NCBI GenBank assembly: GCA_045603805.1
Contig: JAZUMU010000009.1
Span: forward strand, 6,944 to 70,943
From: Candidatus Nanosyncoccus sp.
Lineage (GTDB): Bacteria; Patescibacteriota; Saccharimonadia; Saccharimonadales; Saccharimonadaceae
DNA: 64,000 nt
Reading direction: 5' to 3'
In this document: in pieces, positions 36,907-46,738 of the stretch
How positions within the stretch are numbered: the first letter of the stretch is position 1
Layout: each line of letters opens with the position of its first letter
Made by a program: the position numbers and the translations under genes
The notes under the pieces: generated by a model
What the model was told of the DNA's origin: nothing
Seen by the model: only the letters and a program-made list of their open reading frames with translations
Database searches by the model: none

Positions 36907-39336
36907 ATCTTGATTTGTGAGCGTTATACCTTTTGGCAGTGCTATAGAATACCATCTGTCTTCATTGCTATAAAGGTAATATTCTAACTGTTTTATCGTG
37001 CTTTGGTAGTCTCCCTCTAACAAGATGTCAATAAAGTAGTAAGCATACTCATTTAGATTATAATCATTTATAGAGGTTACTATTTTTATGTGATTCTTTT
37101 CTACGTTTTGTGCTCTTTCTGCAGTGCTTTCATTTTTATAGTCTCTATAAACTATACTTCTACCAAGCATGCTGGATATCTCTTTCCAGAAGATAGTTTC
37201 TTCTTCTAGAATGCTCTTTGGAAAATCGAACTTAATCTCAACTTGATAAAACAGCCTTGTCATTCTTTCGTGAATTGATTTTGATGCTTTGATTAATTCT
37301 TCATTTCCAAACGGGATTATTCTATTTAATATGCGAGGTTGAAATGCAGAATATCGCAAGATTAAAATATAATCAGCTGCTGCGTCGGTGTTTATAAAAT
37401 GAAAAGTAGAGTTTATATGATACAAATAATCACATAAATCGTATTCTTGGTATTTTTTTGATAATTCTTTGTCTCCGTATGTACTATATAGATTAGAAAT
37501 CCTCGAAAAGCTATATTCTGCATGTCGCCAACTCTGTTCATATGGTGATGTGCTTTCAACTATTATTTTTCTTAATAATTGATGCATTATGAGTTTTTCC
37601 CCATCCCAATTAATTAACGAATAGTCAGTTAGTTTTCTTATTAATTCATGACGGCTAAGCTCATTATCAAGTGCAACTAATAAAGGGGATCGTTCTTCAA
37701 TAATTACTTTCCCTTTATAATAATCCTTAGGCAATGTTTTTGCAGTAATACGCGTTTTAGCAAACCTGCCATTACCAAGATAATTAATATAATTATATAG
37801 TTCAACTTTATTTCCATTATTAATATCTATGGTTTCAATAATACAGCTCTTTCCGTTTTTCGAACATTCAATAACGCATTTGATTCGTTGTTTCTCTCGA
37901 AATTTGAGGTCATCTAAAAATGACTCTAAAGGGAGATAATCTTCACCGAAAAACGCACACACTTTAAGTAACTCTTCAATAGTATTATATTCTGTACAAT
38001 TACTTTCTTTCAACCTATTCAGTGTGATTCTAAATGTTTGCAATATTGTTTTTTCTGAATAGCTTTTTAGATTAAGCAGTTTTAAACCAGAGCTATTTAT
38101 AAATAATTCTAAATACTTATCATATGAAATTTTGTTTACGGCAATATAACTTGATACATAGTCTAAGGCTAAAGGCAAGTAACCTAATTCCTGAACTAAT
38201 AGCCTACAACTATCATTAACTTTTAGCCCGGTTTTTATCTCCAAATAATTGGTTGAGAGTTCTGGATCAAATACATCCAATCTTATTCGTTTTGTTCCGA
38301 TTAATTCACGGTCACATTGTGTAGTGACTATTATATGACAATTATTCACAGTTAAAATATCATGAAACCATTGTTTTTGTAAAACTCCTTCCGCAGACTC
38401 ATCATTCAGATAATCTACATTATCCATAACCAACAGAGTACTCTTGCTATTATTTATAAATCTTTTGAATAATACTATGATCTCTTTATCAGAAAAACAA
38501 TCTATATTAGAGGTATTGTCTTCAAGGCTTTCCAGCAAAAACCATTTACACTCCTGTATTATGGAAGAGGCACTTTTAGCGTTGATCCAAATAATAGTAT
38601 TATATTCAGTTTTATGTAAATACAAGTATTGTAGAGCAAGTTGAGTCTTTCCGGAACCTCCCATTCCGCATATTAATTGTATCTGGATATTATTGAGGAA
38701 ATTTTCCTCAATTATTTTTAATTCGTTTTCTCGACCGCAAAAATCCAGATTGCGAGCACGGTTAACATATATTATTTGTCTGTTGGTTTTTCTTGCATAT
38801 ACCATATAAGATGGATTTGGATATAAAACTGGATCATGAGTTGATTCCTTTAGATTCATGATATATTTTCTGCAAGCCTGATCAATGTAAGATTTTTTAT
38901 CGGAAATAGAATCAAAAAATTTGCCCATATCATTACAAATCTCATCTTCCCTGATTCTTAACGCATCTGCTCTGGATTTTTGTTGCATAACAGTCAGTTT
39001 GTTAAATGGCTGTTTATATATGAATTCTTTATTATAGTTTTCACGTTGTTCTAAATAATACTTTCGTCTTTGCGTAAGATCTTTACCATATTGATATCCT
39101 TTTAAAAGTCCCCATGCACAGAGAATTATATCTGCTTGTTCACTTGTCTTAAAGCAATCTAAAACTAAATAAATAAAAAACGATTTGGCTTCTTCTAGAC
39201 GAAAATACCTACTTTTCTCTTTTTTTATATCTTCATAAGAGATTCTTCTATATATCTCTTGAACTTTCTCAATATATCGACAATCTCCACGCAAGGCTTG
39301 TAATATACTACCGATGTTAACATTTCTTTTATTCAC
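36886..39336 (-). CDS. NB-ARC-type STAND NTPase with unknown N- and C-terminal domains
   Basis: FCGRENEL...ICGMGGSGKTQLA (P-loop), LLVMDNVD (Walker B), IIVTTQ, and GYLPLALDYV (GLPL motif). GTG start with GGAG upstream. AT-rich. Confidence 0.8.
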   Translation of the reverse strand: MNKRNVNIGSILQALRGDCRYIEKVQEIYRRISYEDIKKEKSRYFRLEEAKSFFIYLVLDCFKTSEQADIILCAWGLLKGYQYGKDLTQRRKYYLEQRENYNKEFIYKQPFNKLTVMQQKSRADALRIREDEICNDMGKFFDSISDKKSYIDQACRKYIMNLKESTHDPVLYPNPSYMVYARKTNRQIIYVNRARNLDFCGRENELKIIEENFLNNIQIQLICGMGGSGKTQLALQYLYLHKTEYNTIIWINAKSASSIIQECKWFLLESLEDNTSNIDCFSDKEIIVLFKRFINNSKSTLLVMDNVDYLNDESAEGVLQKQWFHDILTVNNCHIIVTTQCDRELIGTKRIRLDVFDPELSTNYLEIKTGLKVNDSCRLLVQELGYLPLALDYVSSYIAVNKISYDKYLELFINSSGLKLLNLKSYSEKTILQTFRITLNRLKESNCTEYNTIEELLKVCAFFGEDYLPLESFLDDLKFREKQRIKCVIECSKNGKSCIIETIDINNGNKVELYNYINYLGNGRFAKTRITAKTLPKDYYKGKVIIEERSPLLVALDNELSRHELIRKLTDYSLINWDGEKLIMHQLLRKIIVESTSPYEQSWRHAEYSFSRISNLYSTYGDKELSKKYQEYDLCDYLYHINSTFHFINTDAAADYILILRYSAFQPRILNRIIPFGNEELIKASKSIHERMTRLFYQVEIKFDFPKSILEEETIFWKEISSMLGRSIVYRDYKNESTAERAQNVEKNHIKIVTSINDYNLNEYAYYFIDILLEGDYQSTIKQLEYYLYSNEDRWYSIALPKGITLTNQDLDELHP

Positions 39337-39679
39337 AAGGGTTCATCTCCAGTAAGAGTACTAAAAGTATTATAATTATCTAGAGGCGAGACTTCAAGTG
39401 ATATTTCATAATTGATTATAAGTTTATTACTCAAATGGTTGAATTTCGATATGGTAAATCAGCATCAAATATACCTCTATTGCGAAAACACGTGTTGAAA
39501 GCATATTGTTGTATGATATTGACAAAATAAAACATCTGTGATATAATTCTTATATAGAATTATAGATTGATTCTATAGTACTTTTATAGGTTAAAAAGAG
39601 CATCTCAGATCATTGTCGAATTCGCTTATCACAAAATCATGATAAGCGATAAAGCAATGATCATATGGAGGTGTTCAAA

Positions 39680-40249
39680 GTGAAAAAAACATATAAGAAT
39701 TATTGTGAAGACTGCAATACCAGTTGCAAAATGATTAGCGGAATTAAAAATGTGCCTGTTGAAATGATCGAGACATTATCTGATTGGCAAGATAAGCAAA
39801 CTCAAGATATGTTTAGAAAGATGACTATGATCTTACAGGGTGACATTGAAAAACATATTAATGTCGAACCTGTATTTGCTCAGAAGCATCAAGAACTTGA
39901 TTTTGCTAGTGTCTTACTAGGGAATCATCCCGAATGGGAACTAGTAAAAGCAGAAGTTTATCTTGACGGAATACTATTCTATTATTATCAGTTCGATATT
40001 AATAAAGATAAAAGAGTTCAAGATTGGCTTATCATTAGCCTAGAAACACCTCAAGATATAACTCTGTATCTGAACATAGAAAAAGATCAAGAACATCCCG
40101 CTTTAGTATATCGAATAAGGATGAAGGAAACAGCAAGCACAAAAACAGAAAGCATCACAATAGACTATTATGTTAATAACAATAAAGTTCGGTTCTCTTC
40201 ACTCGAAAGCGATGAAGAAGGAGTATATGAACTTATTGTTGAAATCTAA
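39680..40249 (+). CDS. hypothetical protein (189 aa) divergent from the STAND gene
   Basis: GGAGGTG lies 6 nt before the GTG at 39680; the track start at 39665 is also possible. AT-rich like its neighbour. A strong terminator follows. Confidence 0.6.
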   Translation: MKKTYKNYCEDCNTSCKMISGIKNVPVEMIETLSDWQDKQTQDMFRKMTMILQGDIEKHINVEPVFAQKHQELDFASVLLGNHPEWELVKAEVYLDGILFYYYQFDINKDKRVQDWLIISLETPQDITLYLNIEKDQEHPALVYRIRMKETASTKTESITIDYYVNNNKVRFSSLESDEEGVYELIVEI

Positions 40250-40254
40250 TCTCG

Positions 40255-40281
40255 AAATCCCGCTGCCCGCGGGATTTTTTA
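40255..40281 (+). terminator. rho-independent terminator
   Basis: AAATCCCGC-TGCCC-GCGGGATTT followed by TTT. Confidence 0.65.
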
Positions 40282-40414
40282 TGCTAGAATATGCTGTTTT
40301 ATGTTTTGACCCAAAACGATTGCAATTATTGTCTTGATGCAGTAAAATGAGCGCGAGCTCAATAAATAATACAAAAAACAAAGTCCCGGCGCCGAGACGG
40401 AAAGGATTACAATT

Positions 40415-40654
40415 ATGATTAATGATCAAAACGACCTCTCTGTAAACCTCATCGTCGATAAGATGAAATCCCTGACCGAAGGCATCTATGGTGCGATAAA
40501 GGAGCTTCCTTGTGATCAGTTCGGCACGATCATGTCAATGCTCATGACAATGTGGTGTGATCGTAATGAAATCGACATTTTCCAGTTCCTTGAGGTTCTC
40601 ATAACTGCTATATCCGATGAGAATGACGACACACACGCTTTCAGCTCGACTTAG
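40415..40654 (+). CDS. hypothetical protein
   Basis: ORF with AAAGGA upstream. First gene of a short plus-strand unit. Confidence 0.5.
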   Translation: MINDQNDLSVNLIVDKMKSLTEGIYGAIKELPCDQFGTIMSMLMTMWCDRNEIDIFQFLEVLITAISDENDDTHAFSST

Positions 40655-40668
40655 TAAGGAGGACTATC

Positions 40669-40875
40669 ATGTCAGAAGCAACTAATAAGATTCGTAATTC
40701 CAACGGCAGCCTCATCTGTGATGTCGTATATGATGAGGGAGTATGGATAGTCACCGTAAAAAGAAAAGAGATATACACCTTCATAACCTTGTACAGTGAC
40801 GGAAATATTCGCGTAGAAAACATATGCGGCAATACACTTAATGAGGCGGAATACTCCGTTTCTTTACCAGCATAA
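40669..40875 (+). CDS. hypothetical protein
   Basis: Strong SD (TAAGGAGG) 7 nt upstream. A long terminator follows. Confidence 0.55.
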   Translation: MSEATNKIRNSNGSLICDVVYDEGVWIVTVKRKEIYTFITLYSDGNIRVENICGNTLNEAEYSVSLPA

Positions 40876-40906
40876 ATCTAATACAATCTGTGAGACCGCA
40901 AGTAAA

Positions 40907-40954
40907 GACGGCAGGGCAGATACCTTGATTGGGTATCTCTCCTGCCGTCTTTTG
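40907..40954 (+). terminator. long rho-independent terminator
   Basis: GACGGCAGG..AGATACC-loop-GGTATCT..CCTGCCGTC followed by TTTTGTTT. Confidence 0.6.
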
Positions 40955-40990
40955 TTTCAAAAACAAAAAAATATGAAAGGAAATAATATT

Positions 40991-41284
40991 ATGAAAAATC
41001 GTATCGCATCACTCTTAGGAGTTCAAGAAGTATCAATCATTCCCAAAGCCAATAGTGTCAGCTCGTCTTTAGTCCAGAGAACTTATGCCAACGCTGAATT
41101 GGATGCTTTTCGGGACAAGCTTAGAGCGGGTCTCGCCAAACAGGCAATGGATAATACGGCACATTTGGCGTTAGCTGAAGAACATTTTTCCAAAATTGCG
41201 CCCGGTGGAAAGGCTGAGTATAGGCTCATCGTCGAAACATATGCCAAGAAAGCTTTGTTTGAGATTATGAGAGGTGGCATATGA
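40991..41284 (+). CDS. hypothetical protein
   Basis: MKNRIASLLG... with AAAGGA 9 nt upstream. An alternative ATG lies at 40973. Confidence 0.5.
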   Translation: MKNRIASLLGVQEVSIIPKANSVSSSLVQRTYANAELDAFRDKLRAGLAKQAMDNTAHLALAEEHFSKIAPGGKAEYRLIVETYAKKALFEIMRGGI

Positions 41285-41580
41285 CGCTTGGGATAATAGC
41301 TTTAGGCATCATCATCTTTTTGTTTGCTGCAACACTTTTGGGAGCATATATCTACTCGATTGTTTGCCCATTAGACGAAGAGGATATAGAAGATTATTAT
41401 GGCGATGATCGATCTGAAGCTTACGAAGATGATAAGGTCAGTGAAGTGTATCGTGCTGCCGAAAAAAGCTTGAAGATCAATCTGATGCAAATGGATGCTT
41501 TCAGAGAAATGGAAGAAGCAGCCGAAAAGTATTCAGGATACCCTCAGGATCTTTTTACGTTTGAAGATGATAATGAATAA
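41281..41580 (+). CDS. small membrane protein with acidic tail
   Basis: ATGA overlap with the previous ORF. One TM span (GIIALGIIIFLFAATLLGAYIY). Confidence 0.5.
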   Translation: MTLGIIALGIIIFLFAATLLGAYIYSIVCPLDEEDIEDYYGDDRSEAYEDDKVSEVYRAAEKSLKINLMQMDAFREMEEAAEKYSGYPQDLFTFEDDNE

Positions 41581-41736
41581 TAAAATCGCCGAAATATTCT
41601 TTTGATTGGCTCGGATTCATCAAAAACTATCCATTTGGTGTACTTTTTGATGAAAAAACCGATAAGCAAATAGATAACCTATGGTATAAAAGGTAAAAAT
41701 CATAATAAATCACATTGTTGAAAGGATGACAAAGTT

Positions 41737-42312
41737 ATGTCGAAACATAAAATCGAGAAAGAAGCACCGACTAACTATCGTGTGCCGAAAAATATTCCTG
41801 ATATCCCCAAAGCTACTACTATACTCTGCGATTATCCTTGGCCTAAGCATCAAGGGGGGCGACTCGGAGCTATAGAAAAATACGACCTTATGTCCATGGA
41901 ACGTATTTTGAAATTCCCATTAAAAGACCTTGCAGCAGATAATTGCACACTATGGTTGTGGACGACAAATGCTTGTCTGCCGGATGCCATACGGGTCATT
42001 GAAGAACAGGGGTTTTCATACCGAGGATACTATGTGTGGTGTAAAGCTAAACTAGGGCTCGGTTCTCAATATCTCCGCCAATGCACAGAGCTATGCGTCG
42101 TGGCGACACGCGGAAAAGTCAAGTTCAAAAATCACTCCCAAATGAACTGGGGAATCATGCCGACAACCATACATAGTGAGAAGCCGAGAGAATTCATTCC
42201 GATTATAGAACGTTTGTGCGACCCTCCGTATATGGAACTCTTCTGTCGTAGGCGCCCATCTAGCAATCAGGAATGGCTGTGTTGGGGATCAGAGACTGAG
42301 GGGGGGCAGTGA
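41737..42312 (+). CDS. MT-A70 family N6-adenine DNA methyltransferase (orphan)
   Basis: ILCDYPWP (DPPW variant), LWLWTTN, and HSEKPREF (HSxKP). Confidence 0.8.
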   Translation: MSKHKIEKEAPTNYRVPKNIPDIPKATTILCDYPWPKHQGGRLGAIEKYDLMSMERILKFPLKDLAADNCTLWLWTTNACLPDAIRVIEEQGFSYRGYYVWCKAKLGLGSQYLRQCTELCVVATRGKVKFKNHSQMNWGIMPTTIHSEKPREFIPIIERLCDPPYMELFCRRRPSSNQEWLCWGSETEGGQ

Positions 42313-42388
42313 CTTCTACATTCCAGGATACCCTGTTCCCAAATACTCCTTTGAAAAAGGCAACGACGAAAAGGAGGAGGTTTAATGT

Positions 42389-42616
42389 ATGTACGGCAGA
42401 AACAAAAAGGATACCGAAGACCACACGGATCGCGGTTTGCTCACACGACTTATAGAAGGCGTTATCATCTTCGCTATCCTTGCTTTCGCATTAAAGCTCG
42501 GCGTAGACGCTATTGTGTCCGTCAAAATACCGTTACTGATAATCGCAGTCATTATATGCGCCGCCGTTATTGGCTACCGAATCTACAAACACAAGAGGGA
42601 TCACGATGATTACTAA
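42389..42616 (+). CDS. small two-TM membrane protein
   Basis: AAGGAGGAGG SD. Two hydrophobic spans. Confidence 0.55.
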   Translation: MYGRNKKDTEDHTDRGLLTRLIEGVIIFAILAFALKLGVDAIVSVKIPLLIIAVIICAAVIGYRIYKHKRDHDDY

Positions 42617-44747
42617 AGATATCATCTTTTACGAAATTTTTATACAGCGCCCGTACGAAGCGGAGACTTTACATAGCATTCTTACCAATATCGCTACCCT
42701 TTCATCACGTGGAGCTATTGTGTGGGAGGTGCGCTGTAAAAACGGCAAAGTGAGATATCTGCTGGGAACGCCGAAAAAATCTATTGGCAAGGTACAAGAG
42801 GTTTTCAGCGCGCATAGCGAAGCTCAATTTTCTAAAGCAGAGTACAGAGATTCTGTAGAGGACGCGAGAAAAATCCATATCTCTAAACCGATATTATCTC
42901 TCAATACCGATGTATCATCAGCGATGATCCGAGCGGTACTTGCTGCCATGCTTGGGGCGAGAGCTGACACAGAATGTGTCGTACAAATTATCTTAGGGGC
43001 GGCTTTCGCCCCTAAGACTGTCCCCAAAAATCTCCCTGACCCTAACGCAACATGGCTGGATGCATTGCTGGGTAATGTAAAAACCGCTCCGCAGGAGTAT
43101 CGTCGTTCCGCTAAAGATAAAGCGGATCAGTATTCTTTTGACGCTGTGATTCGTGTCGGGATGACCGGCGAGCATACAACGGCAAGGCTGAATAATATCG
43201 TTTCTGCTATGCGGACGTTGGAATCAGCAGGGGTACATATCCACTCAGAGAAAGAATCCCCGGAAAATCTCAACAATATGGCTTTACCTTGGAGAATGCC
43301 GCTGAGGTTATCCGTAAAGGAAACAGCGTGTTTTCTGCTGCTCCCTGCCGGAGAGGAGGAAATCCCCGGTACGCCCAGCTTGCATCCGAAACCGCTATTA
43401 CCACCAGAATGGTACAAAGAGCCACACCATAATACAAACAGCCGTGTGTTCGCTGTTTCAACTGACAGCAAACACAAAAGACTCAGCATTTCGCCAAAAG
43501 ATGCTTTAGAGCACGCATTCGCTATGGGCGGAACGGGTAGCGGAAAAAGTACTGTACTTCAACACCTGATTTTGTCAGATATCGACGCAGGCAGAAGTGT
43601 TTTAGTCATTGATCCAAAAGCGGACTTAGTAACAGATATACTAGAGCGAATTCCCGACGAGCGCAAGGATGACGTTGTCGTGTTAGATCCGTCCGATCCT
43701 TCTCCGGTTGGTTTTAATCCTTTGGTATATAATCAAGACCCATCACTCACCGCTGATTCTATTCTAGCTGTCTTTCAAGAGATATTCTCTCAAAACTGGG
43801 GTATTAGATCAGCAGATATTCTATCCGGCGCACTTTTGACATTAGCGCAAGTCACAGGAGCGAATCTACTGTGGCTCCCACAGCTTCTGACGGATGAGAG
43901 CTTTCGCAAACGCATCACTTCTAAGATTAACGACCCTATCGCTTTACAGCCGTTCTGGAAACACTTTGAAGCAATGAAGGATTCAGAGCGCCGAACCGAG
44001 ATTGCTCCTGTACTTAATAAACTCAGGCAAATCACCTACAGACCGGGACTAAGGAATGTCCTCGGTCAGTCTGAACCGAAGTTCTCCCTGACCGATCTGT
44101 TTTACAAACGAAAGATCGTGCTGGTACCGCTGAATCGTGGACTTATTGGCGCAGAGTCGGCGAAGCTGCTTGGCAGTCTAATCGTAGGACTAACGTGGTC
44201 GCTGGCGCTGTCACGGGCGAAAATACCGCCGGAAAAGCGACATATGGTGTCTATCTACATAGACGAGCTTCAGGATTATCTTGCTCTGCCCACATCGTTC
44301 AGCGACGCATTAGCTCAGGCGAGAGGACTCGGCGTAGCATATACAGTCGCTCACCAGTACAGGGGACAGCTACCGCCGGATATTAAAGCAGGGATAGACG
44401 CCAACTGCCGTAACAAGATTATCTTTGGACTAAATTCAGATGACGCCAAAGATATGGCGGCACAGGCGCCTGAGCTTCAAGCTTTAGATTTTATGAGCTT
44501 ACCGCGATACCACATCTATACTTCGTTTCAGTCAGGTGGCAGAAGCACCGGCTGGATTAGCGGACAGACCTTGCCGCCGTCACCACCCTTACGTTTGGCA
44601 GCAGAACTCAAAGCCGAGAGTATGAATCGTTATGGCGTACCGGCGGAGCAGACCGAAGGCGAGTTGATTCAGATGATGACAAAGCAAGACCCTCAACCAG
44701 ACCCTAACATAATTAACAGCCCTATCGGGAGAAAGAGAAAGGAATAA
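42606..44747 (+). CDS. FtsK/TraD/VirD4-like DNA translocase (coupling-protein-like ATPase)
   Basis: Walker A GGTGSGKST, Walker B SIYIDELQDY, VAHQY, and CRNKIIFG. Start taken at MITKD, overlapping the upstream ORF. Confidence 0.75.
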   Translation: MITKDIIFYEIFIQRPYEAETLHSILTNIATLSSRGAIVWEVRCKNGKVRYLLGTPKKSIGKVQEVFSAHSEAQFSKAEYRDSVEDARKIHISKPILSLNTDVSSAMIRAVLAAMLGARADTECVVQIILGAAFAPKTVPKNLPDPNATWLDALLGNVKTAPQEYRRSAKDKADQYSFDAVIRVGMTGEHTTARLNNIVSAMRTLESAGVHIHSEKESPENLNNMALPWRMPLRLSVKETACFLLLPAGEEEIPGTPSLHPKPLLPPEWYKEPHHNTNSRVFAVSTDSKHKRLSISPKDALEHAFAMGGTGSGKSTVLQHLILSDIDAGRSVLVIDPKADLVTDILERIPDERKDDVVVLDPSDPSPVGFNPLVYNQDPSLTADSILAVFQEIFSQNWGIRSADILSGALLTLAQVTGANLLWLPQLLTDESFRKRITSKINDPIALQPFWKHFEAMKDSERRTEIAPVLNKLRQITYRPGLRNVLGQSEPKFSLTDLFYKRKIVLVPLNRGLIGAESAKLLGSLIVGLTWSLALSRAKIPPEKRHMVSIYIDELQDYLALPTSFSDALAQARGLGVAYTVAHQYRGQLPPDIKAGIDANCRNKIIFGLNSDDAKDMAAQAPELQALDFMSLPRYHIYTSFQSGGRSTGWISGQTLPPSPPLRLAAELKAESMNRYGVPAEQTEGELIQMMTKQDPQPDPNIINSPIGRKRKE

Positions 44748-44748
44748 T

Positions 44749-45768
44749 ATGAAACCAAATAACAATAACAGCGAAAATCAAGCTTTTATATCTGTTTCTA
44801 CGGCATCCAACCGCCCATCCAACCGCTTGGACTTCAAAGGCGCAGTAATGGCTGAAGATGGCACAGATAAGCAGTATAAGGGAGACGACTCTATCCCCTT
44901 TCAGGGGATACCACCTAACTCAGCGGCGGGAGCCGCCCCTGATAAAAAGACAAGGCTGACCAGAACACAACTGGAAAAGTTAGAGGAACGCTTATCTGCC
45001 AGAGACTTCTCGGTATTACAGGCTCTTAGGAAATATCGTTTTCTAACTTCTGATCAGGTTGGCAGATTATACTTCACCAATTGTTCTACCAAAACCTCAC
45101 GAACGAGGAATCAGAATCTGCTGTTAAAGCGCTTGTCCGAACACGGACTAATTCGTCCGCTGGAAAGAAGGATCGGTGGGTATCAGGGCGGTTCCTCAGT
45201 GCAAATTTGGTATCTTACCGAAGCCGGGTACAGACTGCTGACTCTTAACACGCCGGGAGAGCATAAACGGAAACGCTTTACTGAGCCTTCGCCAATGTTT
45301 CTAGAGCATACGCTCTCTATCGCCGAGTGCGTAGTCCAGCTAGCGCTCATCTGCCGCAACAGCCATGATCTATCCCTAGAGGCAGTAGATACCGAGCCTT
45401 CCTGCTGGCGTAAATACAAAACAGACGGGCGGGTGTGCTATCTAAAGCCGGATATCTTTGTCGTTACAAGCTATGAAAAATATGAGGACAGCTGGTTTAT
45501 AGAAATAGATCTCAGTACGGAATCATCGTCGCAGATTATAGACAAGTGCAATGCCTATTTAGAGTATTTCTATACCGGTATAGAACAGAAAGAAACCGGC
45601 ATCTTCCCAATCGTCACTTGGGTAGTAAAGGATAAGGCTCGCAAGGAGAAGATCAAGCAACATATTCGTGAGAGTATTAAGGACCAGCCGAAAATGTTCT
45701 TAGTCATTACACCGGATGAACTGGAGAAGATGATCAGGCAGAATATAGATAATAGGGAGCTTTGTTAA
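44749..45768 (+). CDS. replication-relaxation family protein
   Basis: LTRTQLEKLEERLSARDFSVLQALRKYRFLTSDQVGRLYF is typical of the Replic_Relax N-terminal wHTH. Immediately follows the translocase. Confidence 0.65.
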   Translation: MKPNNNNSENQAFISVSTASNRPSNRLDFKGAVMAEDGTDKQYKGDDSIPFQGIPPNSAAGAAPDKKTRLTRTQLEKLEERLSARDFSVLQALRKYRFLTSDQVGRLYFTNCSTKTSRTRNQNLLLKRLSEHGLIRPLERRIGGYQGGSSVQIWYLTEAGYRLLTLNTPGEHKRKRFTEPSPMFLEHTLSIAECVVQLALICRNSHDLSLEAVDTEPSCWRKYKTDGRVCYLKPDIFVVTSYEKYEDSWFIEIDLSTESSSQIIDKCNAYLEYFYTGIEQKETGIFPIVTWVVKDKARKEKIKQHIRESIKDQPKMFLVITPDELEKMIRQNIDNRELC

Positions 45769-45852
45769 TGGAGGTTTGCAGTATGTAAGCGGGCAAATTA
45801 TGAGACAAAATAAACCGAAAGATTTTAAAAAATTTAACAAGTTAGGAGCAAT

Positions 45853-46257
45853 ATGGAAAACATCCTTACCAATAATCAACTTTTAGACAAGTTCAAGGAA
45901 GTGTTTAATGACGATTACGACGAGAAAGTAAAAGAAGCAATCGAGATAATCAACGATGTAGACAGCAAGAAGAACAGAATGCTTTTAGAGATTTGCCAAT
46001 CAAAAAAGGACATGATTATCCCTATAGAAGCCGAAACAGCTTCCGGTAACAGATACAAAACAACGATAGGGTTGAAGAAACTGGCTACTATTATGATTAA
46101 CTGTGAGTACCCACTGCTGTTTACTATCTCGCACGAACCGGATTTTCACATGATCAAGGAAATAGCCTACAGCATTGGCTTCGAATATGTTATATTGCCT
46201 GATTATATGATCTGTGATTTTTTCCGAAGCTGTCACTATGATGAAGATACAAATTAA
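45853..46257 (+). CDS. hypothetical protein (AT-rich)
   Basis: AGGAG SD; no recognisable motif. Confidence 0.5.
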   Translation: MENILTNNQLLDKFKEVFNDDYDEKVKEAIEIINDVDSKKNRMLLEICQSKKDMIIPIEAETASGNRYKTTIGLKKLATIMINCEYPLLFTISHEPDFHMIKEIAYSIGFEYVILPDYMICDFFRSCHYDEDTN

Positions 46258-46386
46258 AATAAACAATCGGTTTATGGAGTCTTAAGATCTGTTCTGCTTA
46301 CATACTCCAAGCGCCCAAAAACAAACCAATATGCTCCTTCGGGAGCGCCACGAATAATAACACTAAGACGAAAGGAGGCACACGCA

Positions 46387-46614
46387 ATGAAAAACAGCGG
46401 CTTAATTGGGCTGAAAGTCGCTAACAACGGTCTGGGACTGAGAACAGCTTTAGAATCACAGTACGATATTACTGAGCTAAAGCATGTCGGGAATTTTGTA
46501 TTTCGGGCTGAACTCAAAGACCAGACGAGCTTGGAAATACAGACAAAGCCGGTGGAACTCGCAGCATTCCACATCCGCATTGTCAGTATCAAAAAGCTCG
46601 AAAAAGCAACATAG
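46387..46614 (+). CDS. hypothetical protein
   Basis: AAAGGAGG SD 8 nt upstream. Confidence 0.5.
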   Translation: MKNSGLIGLKVANNGLGLRTALESQYDITELKHVGNFVFRAELKDQTSLEIQTKPVELAAFHIRIVSIKKLEKAT

Positions 46615-46738
46615 CGGTTATTGATCGCAAACGCACATTAAAAGTCAGAAAAACTGAACATCACGACAGCGATATACGCACATCTTCTGCGTGTATCGCA
46701 GAGAGTACGTATTCGCACCGCAAAGGAGGCGAGTAAAA

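Noticed and set aside
42385-42609. An Arg-rich 74-aa ORF in the frame adjacent to the two-TM ORF at 42389-42616.
   Set aside because: Both share the same SD region. The two-TM reading gives a plausible membrane protein, while the alternative is an Arg/Tyr-rich low-complexity peptide.
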